From Ministeria vibrans ATCC 50519 (Eukaryota > Protista > Filasterea), in assembly GCA_943704425.1 (NCBI GenBank), contig CALSCP010000439.1, positions 1-58,615 on the forward strand: 58,615 nt of DNA. The letters are read 5' to 3'. Below the pieces are notes generated by a model that made no database searches, had not been told where the DNA came from, and saw nothing but the letters and a program-made list of their open reading frames with translations. Made by a program: the position numbers and the translations under genes. Shown here piece by piece: positions 16,874 through 28,102 of the stretch (positions are counted from its first letter, which is position 1; every line of letters begins with the position of its first letter).

Positions 16874-17215
16874 ATGTCTCGCGACCCTTTCTATCTTGGA
16901 GGCATGGCCTCTAGCATGGCAGCGCTGGGCACGCACCCTCTGGAGCTGACAAAGGTATTGGCTCACCAACTGATATCCAACCTTGCTTGATCGCTGCACG
17001 ACAGGTGCGGATGCAAACACACAAGGGCGCACGAGTGGGGTTTGTCGCCACCATGATCAACATCGTCAGACACCAAGGCGTGAGGGTATGCCAGCATTTG
17101 TTTTCCACAACCGCCCGCTCACTGTCCTTTCCACACACAGACGCTCTACGACGGCATTAGCGCTTCCCTTCTCCGCCAGAGCACTTACTCTACCGTTCGC
17201 TTTGGCTCGTACGGC
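16874..17215 (+). CDS. Mitochondrial carrier, dicarboxylate carrier (SLC25A10/DIC1)-like; first repeat only, remainder lost at gap 17301-17310
   Basis: PFYLGGMASSMAALGTHPLELTK|VRMQT...LYDGISASLLRQSTYSTVRFG: carrier signature plus the DIC/OGC-type RQxTYS motif. Confidence 0.85.
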
Positions 17216-17371
17216 GTCTTATCCGATGTGGTACATGATCGAGCAGGTACAGGCGATCCAAGAAAAGAGAACGAAAAAAAAAAAAACACAACAAGGACTG
17301 NNNNNNNNNNAGAAAGCACTGAGTGGCTCACGGGACAGTACTGCCTATCACTTTTTCTCTTTCTTCCATAC

Positions 17372-20300
17372 CTTGATGCGCGGGCAACTGAGCGGCCGCC
17401 TGCATGCCGAGATCGTACTGCGAAACGGCAGGCTCGGCGGGCGTGCCCATGTCAATCTCCTTGTCGGCCACAAAAAAGTACTCCATCTTGGCGGCGCGTA
17501 GCAAGTGCACACACGATGTGCAACGGCACAGAACAGACGTGCGCCACCCGTCAGGCATGTACATGTCGCGCGGGGAGCACTGAGCCAGTGGGGGCAGGCG
17601 ACAGCCTGGAACGGGGTGCGGCGCCGGTCCCGTCTGGGCATTCGACTCGGGCGCAACGCCGGAGCGGAACTGGATCTCGATGCCACGGTAACGAGTGAGC
17701 ATGGGCAGACGCGAGACGCACTCCTGGCACAGCAAATCTTCCCACTGGTGCGGATTGGGGATGGGCTGGCCCAAACAACGGTCGTGGAACCAATCTGATG
17801 AAGCAAGGGACGTGAGTTCAACAACAACAAACAACAACAATAAAGAATAAAGAAAAATCTCTACCTTCACACATGAAGCACTGGTACATGACATCGCTGT
17901 CGGGGTTGTAAGTACCGCGGCATCGGCAGTAGCGGTTGAAGTAGTTGTGGTTGTACACGTTGCCCACGTTCTCATTGTCCTTTTGCGGACACAGCGTACA
18001 GCGCCCGCTTGCCTTCTTCGAGTTGCCGCAATCGCATCGAAAGTTACGCTTCGAAAAAAGCTCCACAACCTTATGGCCAGTGTGACACTGTTATGAAAAA
18101 AAAAAAAAAAAAAAAAACAGGGGGGGAAGGGGTAGGGTTTCGCCGAAGGATCACCTGCCACTCATCACCCCGCTGTTACTTCAACCATGGCAAATGATTG
18201 CCCATGTACCCCTACATGCGCAAGGCAGGCGGTGGCACGCACGGAACACGCACTAATTCCCATTTTCAATTGCGCATGTGAAGCATTAAAAAGAGGAAGG
18301 GGGATTCATAATAACATCCTCACAACCACCCTAACGCACGCGTGCACACTCCAGCAGCACAGCAAGTCAGCAACACTCTTACTCTTTGGGCAATAAAAAA
18401 CAATAATTTTTAGTCAGTAGTGACACTTCAATTCGTTGGACAGAAACTGATCGAATAATATCGCCACTCGGTCGGTGACTGTGTTAATTGTACAATCATA
18501 ATGAAAGAAAATATGTGAATGTGATTTGATCCCAATTGCAAGCCAGGGTAAGGGACTGATGGGGAGAAGAAGTTTCAACTGTCAAGTGGCGAAGTGATCC
18601 TATATATTTGATAAGCGCGCGTCCGAGCTCATCTTCCAACATTTTGTTATTGACGTGGGGCATAGCTCCCTCTTATGGCATTCATTCCACTACAAACTTG
18701 CACGATACGATGTGCCAAGTGAAGAGGTTAGAGGCAAGGATTCGAGACAATAGTTAATAATTAGTTATTCAATAGTATGCGCGGAGCTAGCGATGTCAAA
18801 TATATGATAGGGGAAGAACGAAAAAACCAGGCCTCAGGGGGAAGAACGGTTTAGTTCAAACTTCTGACCGAATAACTTTGAATATTTGGTTGTTTTTTAA
18901 TGTCAGATACAGACGTCAGAGAGTTGTACTTACTACTCCGTACTCCGTACGGAGTACGGAGTACTTAGTACTTACACGTCCTACAGTCTACAGAGTTGTC
19001 AGTTGCCCGCTGAATCGCTGACTAATCCAAATAACCCAATAATTGTAATTTGTAAACTAACTCTATCCGCTATCCCATTTTTTTATTGAACCTTGCGCTG
19101 GCTGAGAGAATGGAGGAAGAAGACTCACTTGTGGCACTCGCTCCGCAAATCAAACGAGAGCTGCGCATTGCGGCACGATCATGCTATGCGCGCGGACTGG
19201 TCAACGCCGCGAAATGGGCGTCTGAGGTGCGCTGTGGGCGGGGTTCCGTCGCTCCTATGCTCGTACTGAGTCCATTCTCTTAGCTTGCAGTTGCGGTACC
19301 TGTGAAAAGCACCGAGAAAGCCGCTGCGGGTGGAGAGAGCAATGCTCAGCTGAACGGTACGACTATCTTCGACTTACGCTCTCTCACGGTCCGCTCGCAC
19401 CTCGTAGCGGACGCCGAGGACCCGTTCTGGGACGACGAAGAGGACCGTGTCATGATGGCGCGTTGCTACTTTGATTCAAGAGAATTCTCGAGGTAACGTC
19501 AAAATGTCTCGTCCTCTTTTTCAAATGTTTCGCGTTAGGTGTTCGTTTGCGCTCGCCGGCTCTCGCTCACGAAAGGCCCTTTTCTTGCATCGCTACGCGC
19601 TTTTTCTTGACGGCGAGAAGGTCAAGGAGGAGAACACGTCGTTCTCGGTGGGCACAGCACCCACCGAGAAGGAAACGACCAGCGACGCGCACAATCAGCA
19701 TTTGCTGCCGCTCAAAACTGAACTTGCCAAAGAGCACGCCAGCGGAAAGCTCGATGGGTTCGACTTGTATCTTTATGGACTCGTTCTGAGCGGCTGTGAC
19801 CTCAAACGCGAGGCGATCAAGATCTTCTCATTGGTAAAATGCGATACTATTGATTCTCGACTCGCTAACACACACACACACACACACACACACCACACAC
19901 ACCACACGCACGACATACCACATACCACATACCTCACTACACATACACACACACCACAATCACGCACACATCACAACCGCATACACACTACCATCACATA
20001 CACGTACATACACACACATACACACACACGCAGTCTGTCAACGCGTATCCTTGGAACTGGAGCGCCTGGTCTGAACTCTCACGACTACTGGCAGCCGAGG
20101 ATGAAGACGCGACGCCGCACGTAAGAAAGAAAATAAAAGGAGTCTTGATGACTGTTCTTTTTTTTCTTGTTTTGTTCTACAGCTCGCTGACCATTGGATG
20201 TCGCGCTTCTTCCAAGCGCGCGCTTACCTGGACATTCAAAAGGTATCCCATTACGCTCGGAGCCGAAAAGAATAACAGGTGATGTACGTGCTTCTCTTCG

Positions 20301-20468
20301 CCTCTTTTAGAACGTTGATGCAGTGGAGCACTATGAGAGATTGCTCGCTGTGTTCCCTGACAGTGGGTTTCTGCGTCACCAGATTGCCATGGGCTATTAT
20401 GACCTTCGAGGTACGCACACACACACACACAACACACACACACACACACACACAACACACACACACAC

Positions 20469-20501
<33 letters not shown>

Positions 20502-22082
20502 CACACTCATACACACGCACACACACTTCTTTTTTTTGACTTTTGCATCACATTGTCATACTCACCCCAAAATTGTTTTTGTTTTCTGTAGCGAGGGACT
20601 GCGTAAATGTCCACAGTCGATCCCTCTTTGGATTTTGGCATCGCGAGCAGAAGAGTCTCAGTCATTGCACACCAAAGCAAGAGCTACACTGGAGAAAGCG
20701 CGTGCAAGAAACCCCAATAACCCCACTTTATGGTATGTACTATCATGTAATGTGAAGCGTGTGTCATTTCATTGGGTTGTGTGTTTATGTGTGTGTCTCA
20801 TTTGTGATTCTGTGTGTCTCTGAGTGTCATGAGAGTGACATTATTCTCCGCCTTTCTTTTGTAAAACGACTGTCTTACCTTGTGTGTGTGGCTCACTTTT
20901 TAGGTTGGAAGCAGTTCGTATCGAAGAGCGGACGGGCAACAGTGGCGCAGCACAGGGTATGCTGGCCAAGGCCATGCAGGAGTGCCCGCAGGACGGACCC
21001 TTGTGGGCCCACGCGATTGCCACAGAGTCGCGTGTCAAGCGCAAGGCAAAGAGGTAACTTTTTTCCACATTTTGCTGACTGACTCTTGTCTCTCTTCATC
21101 TCGTTATGCGAACTTTCTCTCTCTCTATCACTTTGTTTCTTTCTCCCTCCTTTCTCTCTCTCTCTATCACTTTGTTTCTTTCTTCCTCCTTTCTCTCTCT
21201 ATCACTTTGTTTCTTTCTCCTTCCTTTCTCTCTCTCTCTCTTTTAACCTTTTTTGTCCGTCTTTCTTCTGTCTCCATAGTGTTGATGCGGTCAAGCGCTG
21301 TGAGCACAATGCGCATGTGCTGATGGCTGTTGCAGCAATGATGTGGAGCGAGCGCAAAGTGGCACAAGCACGAAACTGGTTTACGCGTGCTCTCAAGATT
21401 GATCCGCAATTGGGTGATGCGTGGGCGGCACTCTATCGCTTTGAACTGCAATATGGTACTGGTTAGGGTTCGGCCTTGCATGTTTTTTCTGACACACGCT
21501 CTCTCTCTTTCCGTGTCTGTAGGCACTCCCGAACAACAATCTGAAGTTGAGCAACGTTGTGTCATGTCCGAACCCAACCGCGGTGAGAAGTGGAATGCCA
21601 TTGCAAAGCTGCCCGAGCACTGGAAGGCAAAGCCCGACGCCATTCTCAAGCTTGTCGCGCAAACAATGGAGCCTCTGTAATTAGTGCGTTTCCTTTCTTT
21701 CCTTCCTTCTTCTTCTATAGTTCTTCCATCGCACTCTTTGACTCCTCTTCTTATATTAAACAAGCACTCACCCCCCCAAACAAAAAAAAGTTTGCAAATT
21801 TCGAATTCATCGAGGACTGAACTTGAAGAGTTAAAATAATTCATTATTCAAATTTCAACTACTATTTTTTCGACATGGATGATGAAATGCCTGATCTGAT
21901 TGACATGCCGGACATTCGCGCATTGAAACCGCCTGCGGCCAAGCCGGCGAGCAAGGCGTCGGGCATGTCGGGCGGGCCGGAGCCCCGGCACGGCGTCCTG
22001 GCGGCTCCCTCGGCGCAAACACCGTCGGTGTCGGGTGCGCGATCACCATCGTCGTCGTCTGGCTCCTCACGACGCCATGAGC

Positions 22083-22119
<37 letters not shown>

Positions 22120-23447
22120 CGCCGGACGCGGCGGCGGGCGTGGCGGGGAAGGCGGGCGCGACGGCGGTCGACGACGCACCGGCGCACGCTCCAGCTCGTC
22201 CGCCTCTTCCAGGGTATGCGCTGCTTTATTGCTCCCCCGCGATCCCTCCCTGCTTTCTGCTTCACTTCTTGTTGCCTATGAGAACCCAAGCGCCATCGTG
22301 CATCTTCTCTCGTCTCTTCAAAATGACTTTTTGTGGAGGGGAAAAAAAAAAAAAAAAAAAAAAAAGTGCGCGCAATAAGAGGGCTGAACATAAATGTGAT
22401 GCTCGCTCGTCCTTTCATACCGACACACAGCACGCCTCGCAGAACCCAGCCGGAGTGGATTCTCCCTCAGTGCAAGTCATGCACGCATACACCGGCTGAC
22501 GACCATAGCCTGGAAATCAAGAAGAAGAAGAAAAAAAAAGTTACAATATCCCTGAGTCGACTCGATTTACCTTGCGGGTAGGTGCACTTGGTCACGTCAC
22601 ACGAGTAGTGCGTGCGAGCTTCGGCCTCTTGACGCAGCTGTTGTGCCAGCAACTCAGGCATGGTCAGGCTACGTTGCTGATGCTGTTGCTGAAGAAGCAT
22701 CTGCTGCTGTCGTTGCTGCTGCTGCATTGCATGCATCTGATGTTGTTGGTGGAGTCTCTGTTGCTGTGCCTGCGCCTGCGCCTGTTGCTGCTGTTGCTGC
22801 TGCTGCTGTTGAGCCTGCTGCTGGCGAATTTGCTGCTGCATCATCATATGGCGATGCTGTTGTTGCTGCTGCTGCTGTTGCTGCTGCTGAATTTGCTGCT
22901 GCATTTGCTGTTGTTGCTGAAGCTGCTGCATCTGCTGCATTTTCGCCTGTTGCGCTTGCTGCGGCGACTGACCGGTTGTTGCGGCAGCGGCAGGGGGCAG
23001 TTGAGAAGCGACCGGAGACGATTGTTGATGAGATGATGCTGGTGCTGGAGCAGCGGCAGCGGCAGGGGGAGCCGCGGTGGCGGCACCCGGAGAAGATGCA
23101 GCAACAGCAGCGGCAGGGGCAGGGGCAGGGGCAGGGGCGGTCGCTGGCGCAGATGATGGGGCAGGTGGCGGAGGCGACGACGTTGATGAAACTGGTGGAA
23201 CCGTTGTTGCGGAAGTTTCCGCAGCAGTCGCTGCTGGTTCTGCGGCAGCGGGGGTGGCTACAGCATCACTTGTGACAGTGGTCGGTGCTGCGGGCTCGAC
23301 GGCAGCCGCTGTTGATGCGACGGAAGCGGAAGCTTCTGACGAAGAGTGACTCTTGTCAGTGGCAGAAGACGCCTCAGGCGCAGCTGCGGGCACAGCCGGT
23401 GTCTCTGTAGCACTCGTGGGTAGCACAACTCCTTCTTGGTCGGACAT
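17372..23447 (-). CDS. UBR7: UBR7-like UBR-box/PHD E3 ligase with Ala/Pro- and Gln-rich N-terminal extension; exons 23447-22571, 22509-22421, 18087-17865, 17794-17372; 3' end in gap
   Basis: Spliced product: ..[24 protein letters not shown]|[24 protein letters not shown]|[40 protein letters not shown]|DWFH. Splice phases match across all junctions. Confidence 0.9.
18934..18963. repeat. Perfect 30-bp palindrome (TACTCCG)2-TA-(CGGAGTA)2
   Basis: The sequence equals its own reverse complement; it lies ~150 bp upstream of the CDC23 ATG. Confidence 0.9.
19110..20410 (+). CDS. CDC23: APC/C subunit 8 (CDC23), N-terminal half only
   Basis: [97 protein letters not shown]. The C-terminal TPR half is absent. 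Confidence 0.9.
20411..20530. repeat. (CA)n microsatellite at the CDC23/PRPF6 junction
   Basis: Directly visible. Confidence 0.9.
20592..21680 (+). CDS. PRPF6: Pre-mRNA processing factor 6 (Prp6), C-terminal HAT-repeat part only
   Basis: [26 protein letters not shown]....LW|[22 protein letters not shown]..|[36 protein letters not shown]|GTPEQQ.EV..RC..EP.RGE.W. Confidence 0.92.
21875..22213 (+). CDS. First exon of an unidentified gene (Ser/Gly-rich, low complexity); continuation not present
   Basis: ATG after an AT-rich spacer, GC-rich coding-like [23 protein letters not shown]..., GT donor at 22214. The intron then runs into poly(A) 22342-22365. Confidence 0.45.
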
Positions 23448-23737
23448 ACTTCTTGCGATTTGACTTTGTCAACTCTTTTGGCGCGAAGAAAAAAAAGTAC
23501 CAAAAAAAAAAAGAAAAAAAAAAGAAGAAAAAAAAAAGTCGCAAATTATGATCTGGCGAAGAAACAGAAGACGGTGCTTGTCTGATTGTATGCCTCCTGT
23601 TCAACGATTGCTTTCTTTTACGCATTGCGGGGTTTTGGCGAAGGAAGGGAGTTAGTGAGGCCAACTCGATCGAGATTGAAGAATGAAAAAGTCAAACCAA
23701 ACTAAATCAATCTTACCTATTCACTGACAAGTTGACC

Positions 23738-26700
23738 ATGCAGCAGCGGCATGATCTGCGCGGCATCAATGCCCTGAAACGCGCTGACGGTAAACCTTTT
23801 GCTGTCCGCTGCATCTGCTCTACCTTCCTCTACATCTGCTCCCTTACCCCTCTCCAAGACCCATTGTGCCCGACACAGTGGCACACACACATAGTTATCT
23901 AACTTGTGGACCACTCAAACCCTTCGTCGGATCCCTGGAACGCCTGAAACACGACCAACTCTGCACGTGGAGGTGTTTTTTTTTTTTTTTTTTTTTTTTT
24001 CCGATTACGTTTCTCTCTTCACCCCTCTCTCGCCTCTTCCCTTCGTCTCGACGACCTTCCCCGCCCCTCTGCCACTATGCACGCACTCACCGTCCGCCTG
24101 TCACCTCTTTTTCACCGCTCTATGCAGAATTCATCGCGGTCGGCAAGAAGCAAGTGGCGCTTGAAACGCTTCATGAAACGATCACACACAAGCGTGTGCG
24201 AACCTGGCAAGTCGCCCTCGAGCAGCTGATGATGCGCTTTGTTGAGCTGTGTGTCGAGCTGAGGAAAGGACGCCTCGCCAAGGTACGCCTTGTCTTTTTC
24301 TTTTTTTTTTTTGATGAACATCATCAACATTAAATTTTACTCGTGATTGCAGGATGGACTTCACCAGTACAGAAACGTGTGTCAACAAGTAAACGTGGCG
24401 TCCCTGGAGAAAGTTATTGTCTACCTCATTGACATGAGCGAGAAGGGCGCGCACGATGCACGCGAAAAGTCGGAACATAAGGTTGGTTTCTTACTTTGTA
24501 TGACGCCGTGTTCCTTTCTTTCTTGATGTGTGTGTGTGTGTGGCGATATCGCAAGTGATGGTTTTCAGAATCAACTTGAATGAGCAAATACCAACTGCTA
24601 TGAGTACGAGACATTTTCATGTCATCACCCATAAACTGATGCGTTTTTGTCACACACTTTCTGTTGTTGTTGTGTCGCATGTCGCATGTTGCTTTGTGCA
24701 CTTTCACTGATGATTCTCTTTCTTCAGCTGTCGGAGATCTTGACGGACTTGGATGACCTTGAGGAGACATCGACACCCGAGTCGTTGTTGCTGTCGTGCG
24801 TGACCACGCAGGACACCAAGGACCGCACCGATCGCGAAGTGCTCACTCCCTGGCTCAAGTTTCTCTGGGAGTCGTACCGCATTGTGCTGGACATTCTCAA
24901 GAACAACTCAAAGCTCGAGGAACTGTACAAATCGATGGCTCTGCGTGCCTTTGGGTTTTGCATCAAGTACCAGCGTAAGGCCGAATTCCGTCGTCTTTGC
25001 GACATGCTCCGGCAGGTATTTTTTTAAAAAAAAACGCACAAACTATTCAGAATTACGAATCATAATAATATCAAAATAATATCAAAATAATAGTAATAAT
25101 TATTATAATTATTGTTATTTATTTTTGTAATCATTCCTTTCATTGATTTCTGTCATGTTTTTTTTGTCTCTTTTGATAGCACTTGAACAACATCCAAAAG
25201 TACACCTCCCAGGCAACGTCCATTGACCTGAACAACGCCGAGTCATTGCAATGGCAAGTAGACACACGTCTGAAGCAACTGGACACGGCCATTGAGCTGG
25301 AGCTATGGCAGGAAGCCTTCAAAAGTGTACAAGATATCCATTCGCTTATGGTGCTCTCGAGCGCCCCGCCCTCCCTCAAGGTCCTCGAGCAATACTACGC
25401 CAAGCTGGAGCTGGTATTCCTCAAGAGCAACAACCACCTCTTCCACGCCGCCTCGTGGCACCGTCTCTTCTCTATTGTGCGCGGTCGCAAGCAGAGCGTT
25501 CCCAAGCAAGACCTTGTGCACCACGCCAACATGGTGCTCCTGTCCACCCTTGCCGTGCCAGTCTCTCGTCCCCGCACCACCGCCGAGGACATCCTCTCGC
25601 TTGACGAGTCGCAAATTGAAGATTCGCTCCAGCTCGCGCGTCTTCTCGACCTGCACGCCGTGCCGTCTCGCGAGACCCTCATCCAAAACATGGTATTCGA
25701 TGTGAAAATTCTGTTGTTGTGTTCTTCCAACACCCTTTTTTTGTTTGTTTGTTTCCGTTTGGCAGTCTGTTCATCACATTCTGGAGACTGTTGCGCCCGA
25801 GCTGGCCAATCTCTACGAGTGGCTCGAGGTCGACTTTCATCCGCACGGCCTCAGCGACAAGATGCAGAGTGTGTTTGAGTTCCTCGACTCCCGCCCTGAC
25901 CACTACCGCAAGTACTCCGAGCCGCTCAAGCAGATTGTTGTTATGCGCATTCTCCAACAGGTGCGACATTTTTTTTTTTTAAAAAAAAACAAAGAACAAC
26001 AACAACAAAAGCTAAAATTATTTTATTTTTATAGCTTGAACAAGTGTACGACACTGTGTCGCTCGACTACTTTTTGTCGCTGGCGTCGTTCATGGATAAG
26101 TACACGGCCGAGAAATTTATTGTGCACGCCATCAAGAGTGGCAATGTGAACGCACGCATCTGCCATCGCACACGCTCGCTTGGTTTCCGTTCCAAGACAC
26201 TCATTGGATCGGGTGTCACACCGGCCGGTCCGCAACTTCAGAGCCTTCCTGCTGTCTCGATGCGACTTCAACTCACTGGGTTGCTTCACCGCCTCGTCTC
26301 CGTGCAGGAGATGATTGCGCCGGGCATGCTCGCAACCGAGCAGGCGCATCGTAGCCACACGGTGATGATGCAAGTGAACAAGCACCTCGACACTGAGCAC
26401 CGTCGCCTTACGGGTCGTGCTGAGATCATTGACGAGCGCAAGAACAACGCTGCGACTCAGTTGCGCGCTGCCGAGACGGCTCGCAAGCGTGACGCTGCCC
26501 TGGCGCGTCAGAAGGAGCTCGAAGAGCGTGCGCGCGCCAAGGAGCAGGAGGACGCGGCGCGTGCCCGTGCGAAGCGCCAGCAAGAACTTCAGGACCTCAA
26601 GCATAAGCAAGCACTGGACAAGATTGCGCAAATCAAGCGAACGGCAGTGGGTGCCAAGGCGCTCGATGGCATCGACGAGAACGAACTCAAGGGACTCGAT

Positions 26701-27858
26701 CCTGACGCTATTGTTGCCAAACAAGTGGAGCAATTGGACAAGGAGAAGCGCGATTTGGAAGCGCGCAAGCGTGCCGTCGAGCGCAAGATGGACCACTTTG
26801 AGCGCGCATGTCGCGAAGAAGAGGTCCCCCTGCTGGAGAAGCAGTGGCAGGACCAGCAGGTGTCGGATCGCGCGTGGTGGGAGGCTGATGTTGGCCAGCA
26901 ACGCGAACTGCATCGCCGCAAGTACGACACGGATTTGTCGCTCAAGAAACGAATGCAGCGCATTGCCGCCGATCATGCCGCCTTCAAGGAGCGTCTACAC
27001 GAGCGCGCCCAGGAGGCCCTCAGCAAACGCATGGCCAAATTTGAGAAGTTCCTTGCCGATCAGCGCAAGATTCGTGAGAACGAGCGTGCGCAGCGCGAGA
27101 AGCGCGAAGCAGAGCAGCGTGCGATACAGGCCGAACAGGAGCGCATTGAGGAGGCAGAACGCGAAGAGCGTCGTCAAAAAGATCTCATTGTGGCGCGTGA
27201 ACGTAGCGAGCGTCAGCGCCTCGACGCTGAACGTCTCGAGCGTGCCGAGTCGACATCGTGGAAGCGTTCCGAGCCCTCGTCACGTCCACCCCGCGACTTT
27301 GACACCCGTAGCGATACTAGTGGTGGCAGTGGCGGTGGTGGCGGTGGTGGCGGTGCCTGGCGTCCTCGCACTCGTCCTGTCGACGACCGTGACCGTGCCC
27401 CATTGCGTGACGACCGTGACTCTCGCGACCGCTATCCTCCCTCTCGTGACGACCGTGACCGCTATCCTCCCTCTCGTGACGACCGTGACCGCTATCCTCC
27501 CTCTCGTGACGACCGTGACCGCTATCCTCCCTCTCGTGACGACCGTGATCGCTATCCTCCCTCTCGTAACGACCGTGATGCACCCTCCGAGGACGGTTGG
27601 CGCCGTTCTGGTCCTCCTTCTCGTGGGCCTCCTCGTGATGTCGGTGGTGGTGGTGACGGCGGTGGTGGTGGTGACCGTTGGCGACGACCAAGTGAACGTA
27701 CCTCAGCACGACAGCCCGACGCCGATGGTTGGCGTCAGCCGACACGTACCGCGCCCGCTTCAGATGGGTTCCGTCGTCCATCTGAACGGTCTGCTCCAAG
27801 ACGCGACGACTCACGCGAATCGGGTCGGGGTGAAGGCGGTGGTGCCTGGCGTAAATAA
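23738..27858 (+). CDS. EIF3A: Eukaryotic translation initiation factor 3 subunit A
   Basis: NALKRAD|[24 protein letters not shown]|[61 protein letters not shown]; spectrin-like region and RD-rich tail. Confidence 0.97.
27427..27576 (+). repeat. 30-nt coding tandem repeat x5 ([10 protein letters not shown]) in the eIF3a tail
   Basis: Near-identical units GACCGCTATCCTCCCTCTCGTGACGACCGT. Confidence 0.9.
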
Positions 27859-28102
27859 ATACAACTACAATGTTTTGAACAAAAAATTTTATGGTTGTTT
27901 GTTTGTTTGTTTGTTATTTCGACTTATTATTTGTCTATTAATTACTTTTCAATATTTTATTGTGCTTTGTATATTGTCTTGTTTTGACATTGAGTACAGC
28001 TCTCGATTATCTAATCTCTATTAATTTTCAATATTTTGATAAATTTTTATTTTATCCTTTATTTAAATATTTACGTTGTTGGCAGTGTTCGCACATCTTT
28101 GC

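Noticed and set aside
20323-20823. In-frame read-through ORF fusing CDC23 to PRPF6 via a THTHTH linker
   Set aside because: It reads through a (CA)n intron with canonical splice sites of incompatible phase; treated as a probable misjoin rather than a real fusion protein.
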